From: an uncultured Pseudobdellovibrionaceae bacterium
GTDB taxonomy: Bacteria; Bdellovibrionota; FAC87; UBA2466
Assembly: GCA_964604555.1 (NCBI GenBank)
Contig: CAZRZK010000009.1
Location: forward strand, 11,261-75,260
Length of the DNA: 64,000 nt
Reading direction: 5' to 3'
Below are positions 19,360 through 29,817 of this stretch, in pieces; positions within the stretch are counted from its first letter, which is position 1; each line of letters begins with the position of its first letter. The notes beneath the pieces are model-generated. The model saw only the letters and a list, made by a program, of their open reading frames with translations. It did not search any database and was not told the DNA's origin. Made by a program: the position numbers and the translations under genes.

Positions 19360-21260
19360 ATTGGTAGGATTAAGGTAAAACGACTTCCCTTCCCCACTTC
19401 ACTGACGACGGTGATGTCGCCCCCATGCTGTTGCATGAGGTTATAGGCGATGCTAAGGCCAAGACCGGTCCCCTTCCCAATCTCTTTGGTGGTGAAAAAA
19501 GGATCAAAGATCTTATTTTGGATATCGGGAGGGATGCCGGTCCCATTATCCTCAATTTCTATTTTCACTTTCTCTTCATTGGCGGAGGTTCGGATCCAGA
19601 TTTCGCCCTTGTCCCGAATCGCCTGGCAGGCATTGGACAGAATATTCACCAGCACCTGGTTAATCTGAGAAAGGTTGCATTCCACTTTTGGTAACAAACC
19701 AAAATCCTCATGCACGTGGATCCTTCCTTTAATTTCCGATTGCAGGAGTTTCAATGTGCTCTTAATCCCCTCATGGACATCGCAAGGGGCATATCCCGAT
19801 CCATCGGTACGGGAAAAGGTCCGAAGTCCCAAGACGATATCTTTGGTTCGATTGGCCCCTTCAAGCGAACTTTTTGCCAAGTCCTGCATATCATTTAAGA
19901 CAAAATCGATCTCCAATTCCCTTTCGATCTGTTCAATCGCTTTGCGGTCGGCCTCTGAAAGTTGCGGATACAGGCGCCGGAAGTTTTCGATCAGCTTTTT
20001 CACCTTCTGCACATATTCCTGCAGATGGTGCATATTACTGTAAATAAAAGCGATTGGATTATTGAGTTCATGGGCAACACCCGCCACAATCTCCCCCAAG
20101 GAGATCATCTTAGCCGATTGCACCAAACGAGTTTGGGTCTGTCGAATCTCTTGGTTGGCACTTCTCAACTCATCCAACTTCATTTCAAGGGTGCGTTTGG
20201 CCGCATTCACCTTCGACGCCATTTCATTAAAGCTTTGCAGCAAGAATTCGACTTCATAGGTAGAATCAACGGTGGGGATCTGATCTACAACCCCGGTCTT
20301 CATCCGCTGCATGCCATTCACTAAGGTTCTCAAGGGATTCACGATCCGATTTGAAACTAAAAAAATTACCAGACTCGTCACAAACACCAAAAAAATAGTG
20401 AGTGAGAAGACGGCCCATTTCACCTGTTCAAAAGCACGATCGGAAAAAGCGGTCGACATAAAGATACACAGACTCCCCCAATCAGGATTCCGGGAAAGAT
20501 TGGAGGGAAGAGAAAAAATAAAACCGGCATAGTTCGATTCCCCCAATGCAATCGAGTGGGGGCCTGGTTTTCCAAATTGCTTGAGTGGAAGGGCATCGAT
20601 CACGAACTTCCCAACCACATCCCGGGAAAGGGCAAAGCTGGCGGCCCGAGCGGTATATTCTTTATCTAAAATGGCTACCTCAATGCCACGACGGTTCTTA
20701 ATGGCGATCAGATCGGCGCCCCCAAAACCATTCTCCTCTTCTAAGATCCCTAAGACCCGATCCCCTCGCTTTACCAAAAGCCGCACCACGGTGATAAATC
20801 CATCCTCAATGAAATAGCGATCGATCGTCTCTCCACGCTCCTTGACCCGTTTCATTCCCAATTTCGAGAGATAAGGAATCCGACGCTCGGCCATCAGTCC
20901 GAATCGTCCATTCAAATACTGACCACTTGGATCATAGAGACGAATCTGGTGGAGAGGGCCGCGTAACCCGCCAATAGAGAGTCCTTTTTTTCCACGGAAC
21001 CCATCTAGAACCGCCTCTTGCCCACTATGAAGTCGCGCGGTGGAAAGGAGTTCCGCATCAAAATTATCGATTAACGAAAGGATGGCATCCCGTTCGGAAT
21101 GGGCCCGATGTTCCAGCGCCTCCCGATTGCCTTTTTCATAGAGGTGCATGCAATAAAAGCCGACAAAAATGGCAGGCAGAATCGCGATGGGAATGAAATA
21201 AACCGATAGGACCGTCTTGAGTGACAGGGTTCCGGGGGCGATGGAGATCGGTTTTTTCAT
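19332..21260 (-). CDS. Sensor histidine kinase (periplasmic sensor, HAMP, HisKA, HATPase)
   Basis: Two TM segments flank a ~250-aa periplasmic domain. H-box [10 protein letters not shown], then N, G1 (DNGTGI) and G2 (GTGLGLSI) boxes. Confidence 0.8.
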   Translation of the reverse strand: MKKPISIAPGTLSLKTVLSVYFIPIAILPAIFVGFYCMHLYEKGNREALEHRAHSERDAILSLIDNFDAELLSTARLHSGQEAVLDGFRGKKGLSIGGLRGPLHQIRLYDPSGQYLNGRFGLMAERRIPYLSKLGMKRVKERGETIDRYFIEDGFITVVRLLVKRGDRVLGILEEENGFGGADLIAIKNRRGIEVAILDKEYTARAASFALSRDVVGKFVIDALPLKQFGKPGPHSIALGESNYAGFIFSLPSNLSRNPDWGSLCIFMSTAFSDRAFEQVKWAVFSLTIFLVFVTSLVIFLVSNRIVNPLRTLVNGMQRMKTGVVDQIPTVDSTYEVEFLLQSFNEMASKVNAAKRTLEMKLDELRSANQEIRQTQTRLVQSAKMISLGEIVAGVAHELNNPIAFIYSNMHHLQEYVQKVKKLIENFRRLYPQLSEADRKAIEQIERELEIDFVLNDMQDLAKSSLEGANRTKDIVLGLRTFSRTDGSGYAPCDVHEGIKSTLKLLQSEIKGRIHVHEDFGLLPKVECNLSQINQVLVNILSNACQAIRDKGEIWIRTSANEEKVKIEIEDNGTGIPPDIQNKIFDPFFTTKEIGKGTGLGLSIAYNLMQQHGGDITVVSEVGKGSRFTLILPIQRKLSKAS

Positions 21261-21265
21261 CTATT

Positions 21266-21805
21266 TTAGAAATACCAGTGCATGCCTAGTCCTGCATATG
21301 TGCCGTTGGAGAGATTGAAGAAACGGAAAAGGTATTGGGCTTCAGCAAAAAATGAAAAACCCAGGGCATGCATGAACTGGACTCCTACAGCGGGGTAGAA
21401 CATCCACACATTGAAGCCTTTATTGTAATCGGTATCCCCGCCCAAAAATTTATTCGTCAACACCGATGGACCAATCTTTTGTGCCGAAGTGCCAGATGTC
21501 CACCACCGTGCAATCCCAAAGGCGGCATAAGGACTCACCCATTCTCCTGTCAGAAAAAATCGGGCCTTCACCATAAAGGTGGAATAGTCCATGCCCGTTC
21601 CCAATCCCATGGAAAGGCTTATGTCAGGAGTGAGATTAGCGTCGGCCTCGAGCCCTAAAATTGAAAGCGGTCCGCCGCCGCTGGCCCCAATTCCAAACCG
21701 CCGCTTCGATTTCAATTCCTCTACATTCTGAAAAGACGACGTTTGGGATTCTTGAGTTGCCGCAAATACCCAACTGCTGATTAAGAAAAAGATAAGGTAT
21801 CTCAT
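21266..21805 (-). CDS. Outer-membrane beta-barrel protein (small OMP)
   Basis: Strong RBS precedes the start at 21805. Signal peptide MRYLIFFLISSWVFAAT, alternating amphipathic strands and a C-terminal aromatic (..MHWYF). It is the last gene of the Mla-like operon. Confidence 0.5.
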   Translation of the reverse strand: MRYLIFFLISSWVFAATQESQTSSFQNVEELKSKRRFGIGASGGGPLSILGLEADANLTPDISLSMGLGTGMDYSTFMVKARFFLTGEWVSPYAAFGIARWWTSGTSAQKIGPSVLTNKFLGGDTDYNKGFNVWMFYPAVGVQFMHALGFSFFAEAQYLFRFFNLSNGTYAGLGMHWYF

Positions 21806-21875
21806 GATATTTCTCCTTATATTAGACGAGATTGCCGCGTCACTCGCTGCGCTCGTTCCTCGCAATGACAGAGTG

Positions 21876-22664
21876 CTAAAAAATCTTGGCCCGAATTCCT
21901 TCTTCCTGCAGAAACTGTTTCAACGTGGGCTTATCAATCTGATATCCCCGTCGGATCATCTCCCTCAACTGCTGGATCGTTGCCTGGCCCTCTTGTCCTG
22001 TTAGGCCATGGCTCAACTGCCTTAAATCATCGGTTAACGCTGCCAGATTTTCGACCAAATGGAAAAGTCGTTTTTTCTCCGCCCCTTTTAAGAGGCTATT
22101 GGCTTGGGTCAACAACTGTGAAGTGTTGGTTAAAAACTCCGTCAGTACCTTTTCATTTTGATCCAAGAAATCCTGGATGCGGCCAAAAACTCCGTAACCT
22201 TGTGAAAGGAGCTGGTCTATTCGAGGAGGATCCACTCCCCTCACCTCCGCACCGGGTTTTAATAATGGCGATTGGGCGGAACCGGGACTGATCTCCACAT
22301 ACCGTTCCCCGATGATTCCAGCGATGTTGATAAAAAATCGGGAATCTTCCCGAATCGTGTGAAGGGCTCGACGTGCAACCGAGATCCCAACCTTGACGGT
22401 AGCCCCCTCTTTTCCAATCCCGACTTCAGGGGACAAAAATTCGATCGCATCGACCTTTCCAACTTTTACGCCCGAAACCCTCACCGGCGCGCCGACTTCT
22501 ACGCCTCCCGCGAAACTATATAAAACATGAAAGCGCTCCTGATCGATCCACCGTCCAATCCATCCCAATAGGGTGGCAAAAACACCTAATAAAAGAAGGG
22601 ATACAATAAAGAGAAGGCCTACCCAAATATTTTTAGCCTTATTTCCTTTAGATTGGATTTCCAT
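21876..22664 (-). CDS. MlaD/Mce-family substrate-binding protein
   Basis: N-terminal TM followed by an MCE domain (VLYSFAGGVEVGAPVRVSGVKVGKVDAIEF). Confidence 0.7.
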   Translation of the reverse strand: MEIQSKGNKAKNIWVGLLFIVSLLLLGVFATLLGWIGRWIDQERFHVLYSFAGGVEVGAPVRVSGVKVGKVDAIEFLSPEVGIGKEGATVKVGISVARRALHTIREDSRFFINIAGIIGERYVEISPGSAQSPLLKPGAEVRGVDPPRIDQLLSQGYGVFGRIQDFLDQNEKVLTEFLTNTSQLLTQANSLLKGAEKKRLFHLVENLAALTDDLRQLSHGLTGQEGQATIQQLREMIRRGYQIDKPTLKQFLQEEGIRAKIF

Positions 22665-22732
22665 GCTATGCGTTATACCGAATGGTGTGGGAATTGGTAA
22701 GGGGATTGGGGAACAGCTTTATTATACCCTTT

Positions 22733-23410
22733 TTATACGGTGTATAGAAGGTAGGTCAGAAGAAAATCGCTGAGAATGATTAAAACGGAGCTCCGCACCA
22801 CCGATTGAGTGGCACTTTCTCCTACCCCCGCACTGCCGGAGCTGCTCCTAAGGCCTGTAACGCATGACACCACCGCTAAAATTACCCCAAAAACGGCGCT
22901 TTTAATGAGGCATCCCACCAGATCGCTCATGTGGGTGAAGGTAAACATCGTGTTCATGAACTCACCCGGTTGGAGATCGATTTGCCAGCTCGCTATCCAG
23001 GCCCCTGAAAAAATCGCGACGGCAAGGGCCACCAGGACCAACATCGGAGCTCCCAATAGGCAGGCCAAAGTTCGAGGGACCAGCAAATAGATCCTGGGGT
23101 CGATGCGAAGCAATCTCAGGGCATCCAATTGTTCGGTTATTTTCATGGTGGCGATCTCCGCCCCCATCCCGGCCCCTACCCGTGAAGCCATCAGCAGGCA
23201 GGTGACCACCGGCCCCAGTTCCCGCACCATTAACAGGGTTGAAAAGGAAGGAACCAGAGAGTTCTGTTTCAGGACCATTTTTAAGTGAAATGAAAATTCG
23301 ACAATCGTAATTAGGGTAATCACCGTGAGTGAAAGGAGAATAACGGGAACACTTTCGACAGCAACCTCATAAAGCTGGTGCAGAGTTTCTTCAATTAAAA
23401 GTCGAATCAT
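22733..23410 (-). CDS. MlaE/YrbE-family ABC permease (paralogue B)
   Basis: MlaE-like pattern (ITEQLDALRLLRIDPRIYLLVPRTLA) in a 225-aa protein. ATGA coupling with the upstream permease. Confidence 0.65.
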   Translation of the reverse strand: MIRLLIEETLHQLYEVAVESVPVILLSLTVITLITIVEFSFHLKMVLKQNSLVPSFSTLLMVRELGPVVTCLLMASRVGAGMGAEIATMKITEQLDALRLLRIDPRIYLLVPRTLACLLGAPMLVLVALAVAIFSGAWIASWQIDLQPGEFMNTMFTFTHMSDLVGCLIKSAVFGVILAVVSCVTGLRSSSGSAGVGESATQSVVRSSVLIILSDFLLTYLLYTV

Positions 23411-24147
23411 GCGAACACACTCGAAAACAAAAAGGATAAAAGTGAATCAATGCCGATAATCACCACCAAACATTCTACCGCCGCACTCCGGACAGTCCGT
23501 CCCACTCCAGCCGATCCTCCTTCAGCATAGTAACCATGGAAACAGGCAATGAGACTAATCAACACGCCAAAACAAAAACTTTTCAATAACCCCAACATCA
23601 CACTCGTCGCTGTCACAATCTGGGGCATTTCATGAATATAGCGCGCCGGATCAACCCCTAATTGCACCATTGAGATGAAAATACCACCGCCGATCGCACA
23701 CATCATCCCGATCACCAGCAAAAGAAAACTGGAGAGAGTGACTGCAATCACTCTGGGGACAATTAAATAGCGGATAGGATTGATTCCCAAACAACGGATT
23801 GCATTGAGCTGATCGGTCACCTGCATCGTTCCCAATTCCGCGGCGGTATAGGCACCCACTTTTCCGGAAAGAATGAAAGCGATGAGTACAGGCCCCACAT
23901 TCCGAATCGTCACGGAAGCGGAGAGCCCTCCTAAAAAGATCTGCGCTCCAAAATCCCTCACCTGGAGATAGATCTGGATAGCAATAATCGCCCCCACAAA
24001 AAGCCCAGTGACCAAAGTCGTCAGGATCGAATGGACCCCCACTCGATAGATCTGATCAATCACCGCAGTCAGGTTAAATCCCGAATGGAACAACTCCGAT
24101 AAAGTCTCTCCACTAAACCGTACCCGTCTTCCTAAAGCACTTAACAT
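23407..24147 (-). CDS. MlaE/YrbE-family ABC permease (paralogue A)
   Basis: MlaE signature region (VTDQLNAIRCLGINPIRYLIVPRVIAV) and 5-6 TM segments. Confidence 0.7.
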   Translation of the reverse strand: MLSALGRRVRFSGETLSELFHSGFNLTAVIDQIYRVGVHSILTTLVTGLFVGAIIAIQIYLQVRDFGAQIFLGGLSASVTIRNVGPVLIAFILSGKVGAYTAAELGTMQVTDQLNAIRCLGINPIRYLIVPRVIAVTLSSFLLLVIGMMCAIGGGIFISMVQLGVDPARYIHEMPQIVTATSVMLGLLKSFCFGVLISLIACFHGYYAEGGSAGVGRTVRSAAVECLVVIIGIDSLLSFLFSSVFA

Positions 24148-24212
24148 CTAACCTGCCCTTCTTGCCCGGCCCTCTTGAAGGAAGGCCTGCATCAGAGGGT
24201 CATCTGAAACGG

Positions 24213-24857
24213 TTAGTTCTTCAGGTGTTCCTTGGACCAAAATCCCCCCCCCTCAATCAAGGAAACCCTATCAGCAATCTCTAAAGCACATTGCATATCG
24301 TGTGAAACAACAATCGCTCCGACCCCTAAATGTTGCACCAATCGTTGGATAAGATGATTCATCGATCGTGTGGCGACGGGATCCAAACCGGTCGTCGGTT
24401 CATCAAATAAAAGATAGTTTGGCTTCAAGAGCATCGCCCGCAAAACACTCACCCTTTTCTGTGTTCCTTGGCTTAATTCATAAGGAAATTTCGGTAATAT
24501 CTCTTCACCTAACCCTAGCCATTCTAACCCTTGTGAGATCCCATCGCTTCCTGCCAATAATAGATTTTCCTGAATAGAGAGAGAATCCAACAATGCAGGA
24601 AATTGAAAAATCAGCGCACACTTCCGACGGATACGGAACCAATCGTTTTCGGTGAAAACCTCAGTTTTTTCCCCATCAATCGTTATTTTTCCGGAATCGG
24701 GGAGAAGCAACCCCACCAAATGTTTCAACAGGACCGATTTCCCCGTGCCCGATCGCCCCATCACGAAATGGATCTGACCCGGCACAAACTGGATCGAAAA
24801 ATCCTTAAATACGGTCAAATTCCCAAAACTTTTTGAAAGAGACTCGACCGAAATCAT
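24213..24857 (-). CDS. ABC ATPase (Mla-type), subunit with degenerate signature motif
   Basis: Walker A GRSGTGKS, Walker B LLFDEPTTGLD and H-loop VVSHD are intact. The signature is LSQGTQKR, degenerate relative to LSGGQ. Confidence 0.75.
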   Translation of the reverse strand: MISVESLSKSFGNLTVFKDFSIQFVPGQIHFVMGRSGTGKSVLLKHLVGLLLPDSGKITIDGEKTEVFTENDWFRIRRKCALIFQFPALLDSLSIQENLLLAGSDGISQGLEWLGLGEEILPKFPYELSQGTQKRVSVLRAMLLKPNYLLFDEPTTGLDPVATRSMNHLIQRLVQHLGVGAIVVSHDMQCALEIADRVSLIEGGGFWSKEHLKN

Positions 24858-25546
24858 TGGACTCCCCTTAAAAAGCGAACCACTCTGGAATTGGAAGTGT
24901 TTTTGAAACTTTCCAAAACACCATCAAAGGCTAACTTTCCTTGATCCAAAAAGAGAACACGTGTCGCAATCGCCTGAATAATTCCCAGATCCCCAGAGGC
25001 TAGAACCAAGGTAAACTGGAGTCGTTTCCAATGCTCTAAAATCAAATCCACAATCGAGCGAGCGGTGACAGGATCGAGCCCAGCGGTCGGCTCATCCATC
25101 AACAAGAGTTGCGGTTCCTGCAAAAGGGCACGGGCAATCCCCAAGCGTTTTTGCATCCCTCCGCTCAAAGCGCTTACCGGCATTGCACCCACCTTAGACA
25201 ACCCCACCGCCTGAAGCATGTTCTCCACTCGTTGGCGGCGTTCTATCCCCTTCAGTTTCAGGTGGGCCTTGAGATAAAGCTCGAGATTCTCCCCGCACGT
25301 CATTTTATCGAGCAAACCGCCGCGCTGGAAGGTCATCGCGCAATCCATCCCCTCCACTTGTATTTGCCCTGAAATCGGCGACAACAAACCGGCAATGGTT
25401 TTCAGAAGAAGGCTTTTCCCAACCCCGCCTTCACCAATCACCCCCACCGCCTCCCCTTCAGGAATGGAGAATTGAAGATCGGAGAGAATAGGAAGCGTGT
25501 AACCGCAAGTCAGGTTTTCACATTGGAGAGGCACTTCATTCATCAT
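24854..25546 (-). CDS. ABC ATPase (Mla-type), subunit lacking the H-loop His
   Basis: Walker A GEGGVGKS, canonical signature LSGGMQKR and Walker B LLLMDEPTAGLD. The H-loop position reads LASGDLG, with no His. Confidence 0.75.
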   Translation of the reverse strand: MMNEVPLQCENLTCGYTLPILSDLQFSIPEGEAVGVIGEGGVGKSLLLKTIAGLLSPISGQIQVEGMDCAMTFQRGGLLDKMTCGENLELYLKAHLKLKGIERRQRVENMLQAVGLSKVGAMPVSALSGGMQKRLGIARALLQEPQLLLMDEPTAGLDPVTARSIVDLILEHWKRLQFTLVLASGDLGIIQAIATRVLFLDQGKLAFDGVLESFKNTSNSRVVRFLRGVQ

Positions 25547-25766
25547 AGAAAGGGGTTAGCCTACTTTCAATGAAAAGCTGACCGGAACTTCTGTTCCGGA
25601 TCAAAGAACGGAAATCGATAGGTTTTCACCGCCCTGAGTTTGTTATGGGCCGAACAAAGCAGCTGAATATTGCTCTCATCATGGGAGCTCCCTACTTTTC
25701 AAGCCCCACCCCCAATCTGACAACTTTGCGTCGACTGCCCCCGTCAGATGCGGTAGCCTTCCCAAC

Positions 25767-27215
25767 GTGTTAAAGATAGACTTTCAGGGTATTTCAAAGC
25801 GATTTGGTGCGGTTCAAGCCAATTCTGAAGTTACCTTTACCGTCCAACCGGGAACTATCCACGCTCTGGTCGGGGAAAATGGGGCCGGCAAGTCGACCCT
25901 GATGAAGATCCTGGTAGGGCTCATTCCTCCCGATAGCGGTGCTTTTCTCTTAGACGGATCACCCGCCCATTTCCGTTCAACCCTTGATTCAATGGCTATC
26001 GGAATCGGAATGGTTTACCAGCATTTTATGTTGGTGCCCACGCTCAATGCCTGGCAAAACATCACCCTCGGCCATGAACCTTTTTGGATAGACACTCAAA
26101 AAATCAAGGAGAGATTAAAACCACTCCTCGAAACGCTTCATTGTTCTCTCGACCTTGAAATGCCAGTGGGCGAGATGAGCATCGGTCAGCAGCAGCAGGT
26201 GGAGATTTTGCGAGCCCTATTTTACGATTCCAAAGTCCTTATTTTTGACGAACCCACCGCCGTCCTGACCCCACAGGAAGCGGAAAAGCTCTTCCATCAA
26301 ATCCGGGCATTGAAAGCCAAAGGTAAAACGATTCTCATCATTACCCATAAACTCAAAGAGGTCTTGTCCCTTTCCGATTCAATTACCGTATTGCGCAACG
26401 GGAAAAGCGTGGGAACTTTTCCTACCCATGAGATGGATGAAATCACCCTTTCGGAAAAGATGATCGGGCAGCGCCGCATCCCCCTTTCGATTCAATCCAG
26501 TGAAGGGCCAAAGAGAGAAGAATGCCTGCTTGAGATCCAAACTCTCTCCACTCCCCATTGTCTGCGAGAACCCTTGAGAGAGCTTTCACTCGAAGTTCAT
26601 AGCCATGAAATCGTTGGTATAGCGGGGGTGGAAGGAAATGGACAGAAACGGCTCCTCGAATGTCTGGCAGGAATCGAAAAAAATTTTACGGGAGAACTCC
26701 GGATCACTGGCAAGGGAATGGGCATTCTCCCCTCCGATCGATTGAATGAGGCGGTGATTCCCGAATTCGATTTGGCGGAAAACCTGATTTTAGGACATCA
26801 AAAAAAATATGGTCCGGTGTTTGACTGGAAAAACCTCCATCAAAAAACGGAAGGATTGGCCAAGGATTATCATGTCACTCCTCCCGATTCGCATCTGCAA
26901 ATGCGCCAGCTTTCGGGAGGCAACCAACAAAAATTTGTGGTGGCCCGAGAACTTTCCGAACCGATTCAATTGGTCATCGCGGCCCACCCCACCCGTGGGG
27001 TTGATATAGGGGCGTGCGATTTCATTCACCAGAACCTTTTAAAACTGAAAACCGAAGGAGCGGGGATTTTACTCATCTCTTCAGATCTGGATGAACTGCT
27101 GCTCCTATCGGATCGCCTCCTCATTATTTTCGATGGCAAGATCGTTTCTAATACTCCTCGAGGAAAATTGACCGCCAATGAAATCGGGCTTTGGATGACC
27201 GGAGGGGGCAAATGA
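25767..27215 (+). CDS. ABC transporter ATP-binding protein with two NBDs (CUT2 / nucleoside-sugar type)
   Basis: N-terminal NBD has GENGAGKST and LIFDEPTAVL. C-terminal NBD has LSGGNQQK with a degenerate Walker B (AAHPTRGVD), typical of RbsA/NupA-like proteins. Confidence 0.8.
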   Translation: MLKIDFQGISKRFGAVQANSEVTFTVQPGTIHALVGENGAGKSTLMKILVGLIPPDSGAFLLDGSPAHFRSTLDSMAIGIGMVYQHFMLVPTLNAWQNITLGHEPFWIDTQKIKERLKPLLETLHCSLDLEMPVGEMSIGQQQQVEILRALFYDSKVLIFDEPTAVLTPQEAEKLFHQIRALKAKGKTILIITHKLKEVLSLSDSITVLRNGKSVGTFPTHEMDEITLSEKMIGQRRIPLSIQSSEGPKREECLLEIQTLSTPHCLREPLRELSLEVHSHEIVGIAGVEGNGQKRLLECLAGIEKNFTGELRITGKGMGILPSDRLNEAVIPEFDLAENLILGHQKKYGPVFDWKNLHQKTEGLAKDYHVTPPDSHLQMRQLSGGNQQKFVVARELSEPIQLVIAAHPTRGVDIGACDFIHQNLLKLKTEGAGILLISSDLDELLLLSDRLLIIFDGKIVSNTPRGKLTANEIGLWMTGGGK

Positions 27216-28237
27216 ATCGATTTCGATCTCTGTTACTCCTTTTGATGGGTTTTCTCATCGCCGTTATTTTTTTATTGATTGTGGGCGAAAGCCCGATCGT
27301 TTTCCTAACCGCTGTCAAAAACACCCTTACGACTGGTTTTGGTTGGGGATACACCCTTTACTTCGCCACTCCTCTTATTTTTACCGGACTTTCAGTGGCA
27401 TTGGCATTTCATGCCGGACTTTTTAACCTGGGAGCAGAAGGGCAACTCCATCTTGGCGCTCTGGGGACGGTGCTAGCCGCATTTTTTCTTCCACAACTCC
27501 CTTGGCCACTGGCCTGGGCACTCGGAATCTTCGGAGCCATTCTTCTGGGCGGAGGTTGGGGAGCTGTTGCGGGATGGTTAAAGGCCAAGCGCTCGGCTCA
27601 TGAAGTGATCATCACCATCCTCATGAACTTTATTGCGATCGCGATCGTTGATTATGCCCTACTTACATTCTTAAGAAATCCAGAACAGCAGCAGGCCGAA
27701 TCGATTCCTACTCCAGCGAATTATTGGCTCCCTCTGTTTTCAAAATGGATTCCTGCACTTGAGAATACTCCGGTGAATGGAAGCTTCATTCTTGGAATTT
27801 TGGCCTGCCTTCTTGTCTATTTTATTTTGCATCGCACTCCATTTGGATTTTCCCTACGCGTTGTCGGTAAAAATAAGAGGGTTGCCCAATTTGCGGGAAT
27901 TGCCCCAGACAATGCGATTGTAATCAGCTTCTTCCTATCCGGAGCTCTGGCCGGAATGGTAGGAGTGAATGAGTTGATGGGATATGAACACCGCTTGATG
28001 AGTGGATTTTCCCCGGGCTATGGATTCACCGGGATCGCAGTCGCTCTTCTAGCGAACAATCATCCGATTGGAATCTTCTTCTCCGCTTTCCTCTTCGCCG
28101 TTTTGCAGAATAGCGCCCGGGAAATGGAATTTTTGAGCGATCATGCCACCAAAGAGATCTCGCTGGTGATCCAAGGTGTGCTCGTGGCAGTGTTAATCTG
28201 TGATCGTTGGTTCCAATTTCGAAAGGAGAGGCGATGA
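27212..28237 (+). CDS. ABC transporter permease (CUT2 family, NupB/RbsC-like)
   Basis: 8-10 TM segments. ATGA overlap with the ATPase stop. Confidence 0.7.
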   Translation: MNRFRSLLLLLMGFLIAVIFLLIVGESPIVFLTAVKNTLTTGFGWGYTLYFATPLIFTGLSVALAFHAGLFNLGAEGQLHLGALGTVLAAFFLPQLPWPLAWALGIFGAILLGGGWGAVAGWLKAKRSAHEVIITILMNFIAIAIVDYALLTFLRNPEQQQAESIPTPANYWLPLFSKWIPALENTPVNGSFILGILACLLVYFILHRTPFGFSLRVVGKNKRVAQFAGIAPDNAIVISFFLSGALAGMVGVNELMGYEHRLMSGFSPGYGFTGIAVALLANNHPIGIFFSAFLFAVLQNSAREMEFLSDHATKEISLVIQGVLVAVLICDRWFQFRKERR

Positions 28238-29091
28238 GCGATTGGCTAGCCAGTGCTTTAAGATTAGCAACTCCCCTTCTCTTTGCGGCGATGGGCGGAT
28301 TACTGAGTGAGCGGAGTGGAATTGCAACAGTTTGCTTAGAGGGAGTGATGCTGATTGCTGCCTTTGCGGCGGCGACGATTGCCGCCCTCACCCAAAACCT
28401 TGCCCTTGCTATTCTAGGAGCCCTCTTTGCGGGAACCCTTGCGATGATGTTGCATGCCTATTTATCGCTCTACCAGAAAGCGGATCAAGTGGTGAGCAGC
28501 ATGGCGATCAACCTACTCGCGATCGGGATCACCCCTTTTCTCTGCAACCACTATTTTGGAAGCCCGACCAATACTCCTAGCCTTCCTTTAGACCTTCGAG
28601 TCCCTTCAACCTTGTTAACCTGTTTGGCGCTCGTCATTGCGGCAGGAGAATATTTTGCTTTTCGATATACGCGATGGGGAATCTGGATACCAGCGGTAGG
28701 AGATCACCCAGACGCTTCGAAATCTTGTGGAATATCCCCGAAAAGAGTAAGGCGATGGACTCTGCTAGTGGCAGGACTGTTTACCTCAATGGGAGGAATA
28801 TACCTCTCTATTTCCCATGGCAGTCAATTCACCCGTGAAATGACTGCAGGCCGAGGCTTTATCGCTCTTGCTGCCATTATCTTTGGAAAATGGAAACCAG
28901 GCCCTACTATTTTTGCCTGCCTCTTTTTTGGCGGTGCCGATGCCCTTCAGATCGTTCTTCAGAATCAACCCTGGCTTCCCATTCCAGTGCAATTCCTTCA
29001 GATCATTCCCTATGCAGCCACCTTATTTATACTGATAGGCGTCATGGGAAAATGCCAAGCCCCACTATCGATTGGAAAAGTACAGGATTAA
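28234..29091 (+). CDS. ABC transporter permease (CUT2 family, NupC-like)
   Basis: Multi-TM protein. ATGA overlap with the preceding permease, and an RBS (AAAGGAGAGG). Confidence 0.7.
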   Translation: MSDWLASALRLATPLLFAAMGGLLSERSGIATVCLEGVMLIAAFAAATIAALTQNLALAILGALFAGTLAMMLHAYLSLYQKADQVVSSMAINLLAIGITPFLCNHYFGSPTNTPSLPLDLRVPSTLLTCLALVIAAGEYFAFRYTRWGIWIPAVGDHPDASKSCGISPKRVRRWTLLVAGLFTSMGGIYLSISHGSQFTREMTAGRGFIALAAIIFGKWKPGPTIFACLFFGGADALQIVLQNQPWLPIPVQFLQIIPYAATLFILIGVMGKCQAPLSIGKVQD

Positions 29092-29267
29092 GGAGGCAAC
29101 ATTTTCTTGCCTGTTATCAGATTTATCACAAAACTAATCACAGCAAGAACGACAAAAACCCCTAACAAGAGTCTCCCGGCCTCAATTGAAACCCCTGCGA
29201 CGCCGTAAGCACCAAATAACATCGCTAATAAACCCAAAACAAAAAAAGTAATTGCGGCTCTAATCAT
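29088..29267 (-). CDS. DUF1328-family small membrane protein (YtjA-like), 58 aa
   Basis: Absent from the ORF table because it is under 60 aa. GGGAGG RBS before the ATG at 29267. The sequence MIRAAITFFVLGLLAMLFGAYGVAGVSIEAGRLLLGVFVVLAVISFVINLITGKK fits the DUF1328 pattern. Its stop overlaps the BON gene. Confidence 0.5.
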   Translation of the reverse strand: MIRAAITFFVLGLLAMLFGAYGVAGVSIEAGRLLLGVFVVLAVISFVINLITGKKMLPP

Positions 29268-29773
29268 TGTGTCCTCCCGATTCTCAAATGGTTACTGATA
29301 TCTTTCACTCCTGAAACTCCTTCAATACAATCCTCTGCTAGTCTTTTTTCCTGACGAGTTTCCACCGTTCCCCTTAGGATTACCTCTCCATTGTCCACAC
29401 TCACTTCAATGTTAGAGGCATCAATATCATCGTGACGATAGAGAGCCTCATTCACATCTTCTTGAACGCGAGCATCGGAGCGGATGTAATTCTTAGGACC
29501 TTTTCCAAAATGGCTGCCGGCTCGTGGCGCGCCGCCTCTCCATCCCCACTGCTGTCGAGGTTCATAAGAATGCATCCGGCTTGGACCGAAGTTTACTTCA
29601 TTATGATCTTCACTCATCTCGTCTCCGGCATCCTCCCAAGATAATCCTATCGAGGGGGGAAGTTCCTCTTGACCACTATTGGGTGCCCAAACATGTTCAC
29701 GCCGATGAAGGCGATGGGTTGGATTTCGCGCCCACCGGTATTCATCCTGACCTGGATAATAATGGTGTTTCAT
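29264..29773 (-). CDS. BON-domain protein (OsmY-like)
   Basis: C-terminal BON domain (VSVDNGEVILRGTVETRQEKRLAEDCIEGVSGVKDISNHLRI). The start is placed at the Met at 29773, which has an AAGGAG RBS. Confidence 0.7.
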   Translation of the reverse strand: MKHHYYPGQDEYRWARNPTHRLHRREHVWAPNSGQEELPPSIGLSWEDAGDEMSEDHNEVNFGPSRMHSYEPRQQWGWRGGAPRAGSHFGKGPKNYIRSDARVQEDVNEALYRHDDIDASNIEVSVDNGEVILRGTVETRQEKRLAEDCIEGVSGVKDISNHLRIGRTQ

Positions 29774-29801
29774 TTGCACGCTCCTTGATAGAATTTGGTT
29801 C

Positions 29802-29817
29802 TGCAGGTTTGATGCCA
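29802..29817 (-). promoter_or_regulatory. Putative sigma-54 -24/-12 promoter upstream of the BON/DUF1328 genes
   Basis: Minus-strand reading is TGGCAT-caaac-CTGCA, with the GG-N10-GC spacing correct. It lies about 25 nt upstream of the BON start. Confidence 0.45.

Noticed and set aside
19425-20817. Series of 60-120-aa plus-strand ORFs (19425..19694, 19675..20043, 19962..20324, 20311..20532, 20581..20817 and others)
   Set aside because: All lie antisense inside the well-supported 642-aa histidine-kinase gene. They have no homology signal and a low-complexity, Arg/Ser-rich composition typical of spurious antisense frames. The same applies to antisense ORFs inside murJ, PBP1A, guaB, the pilin genes and others.
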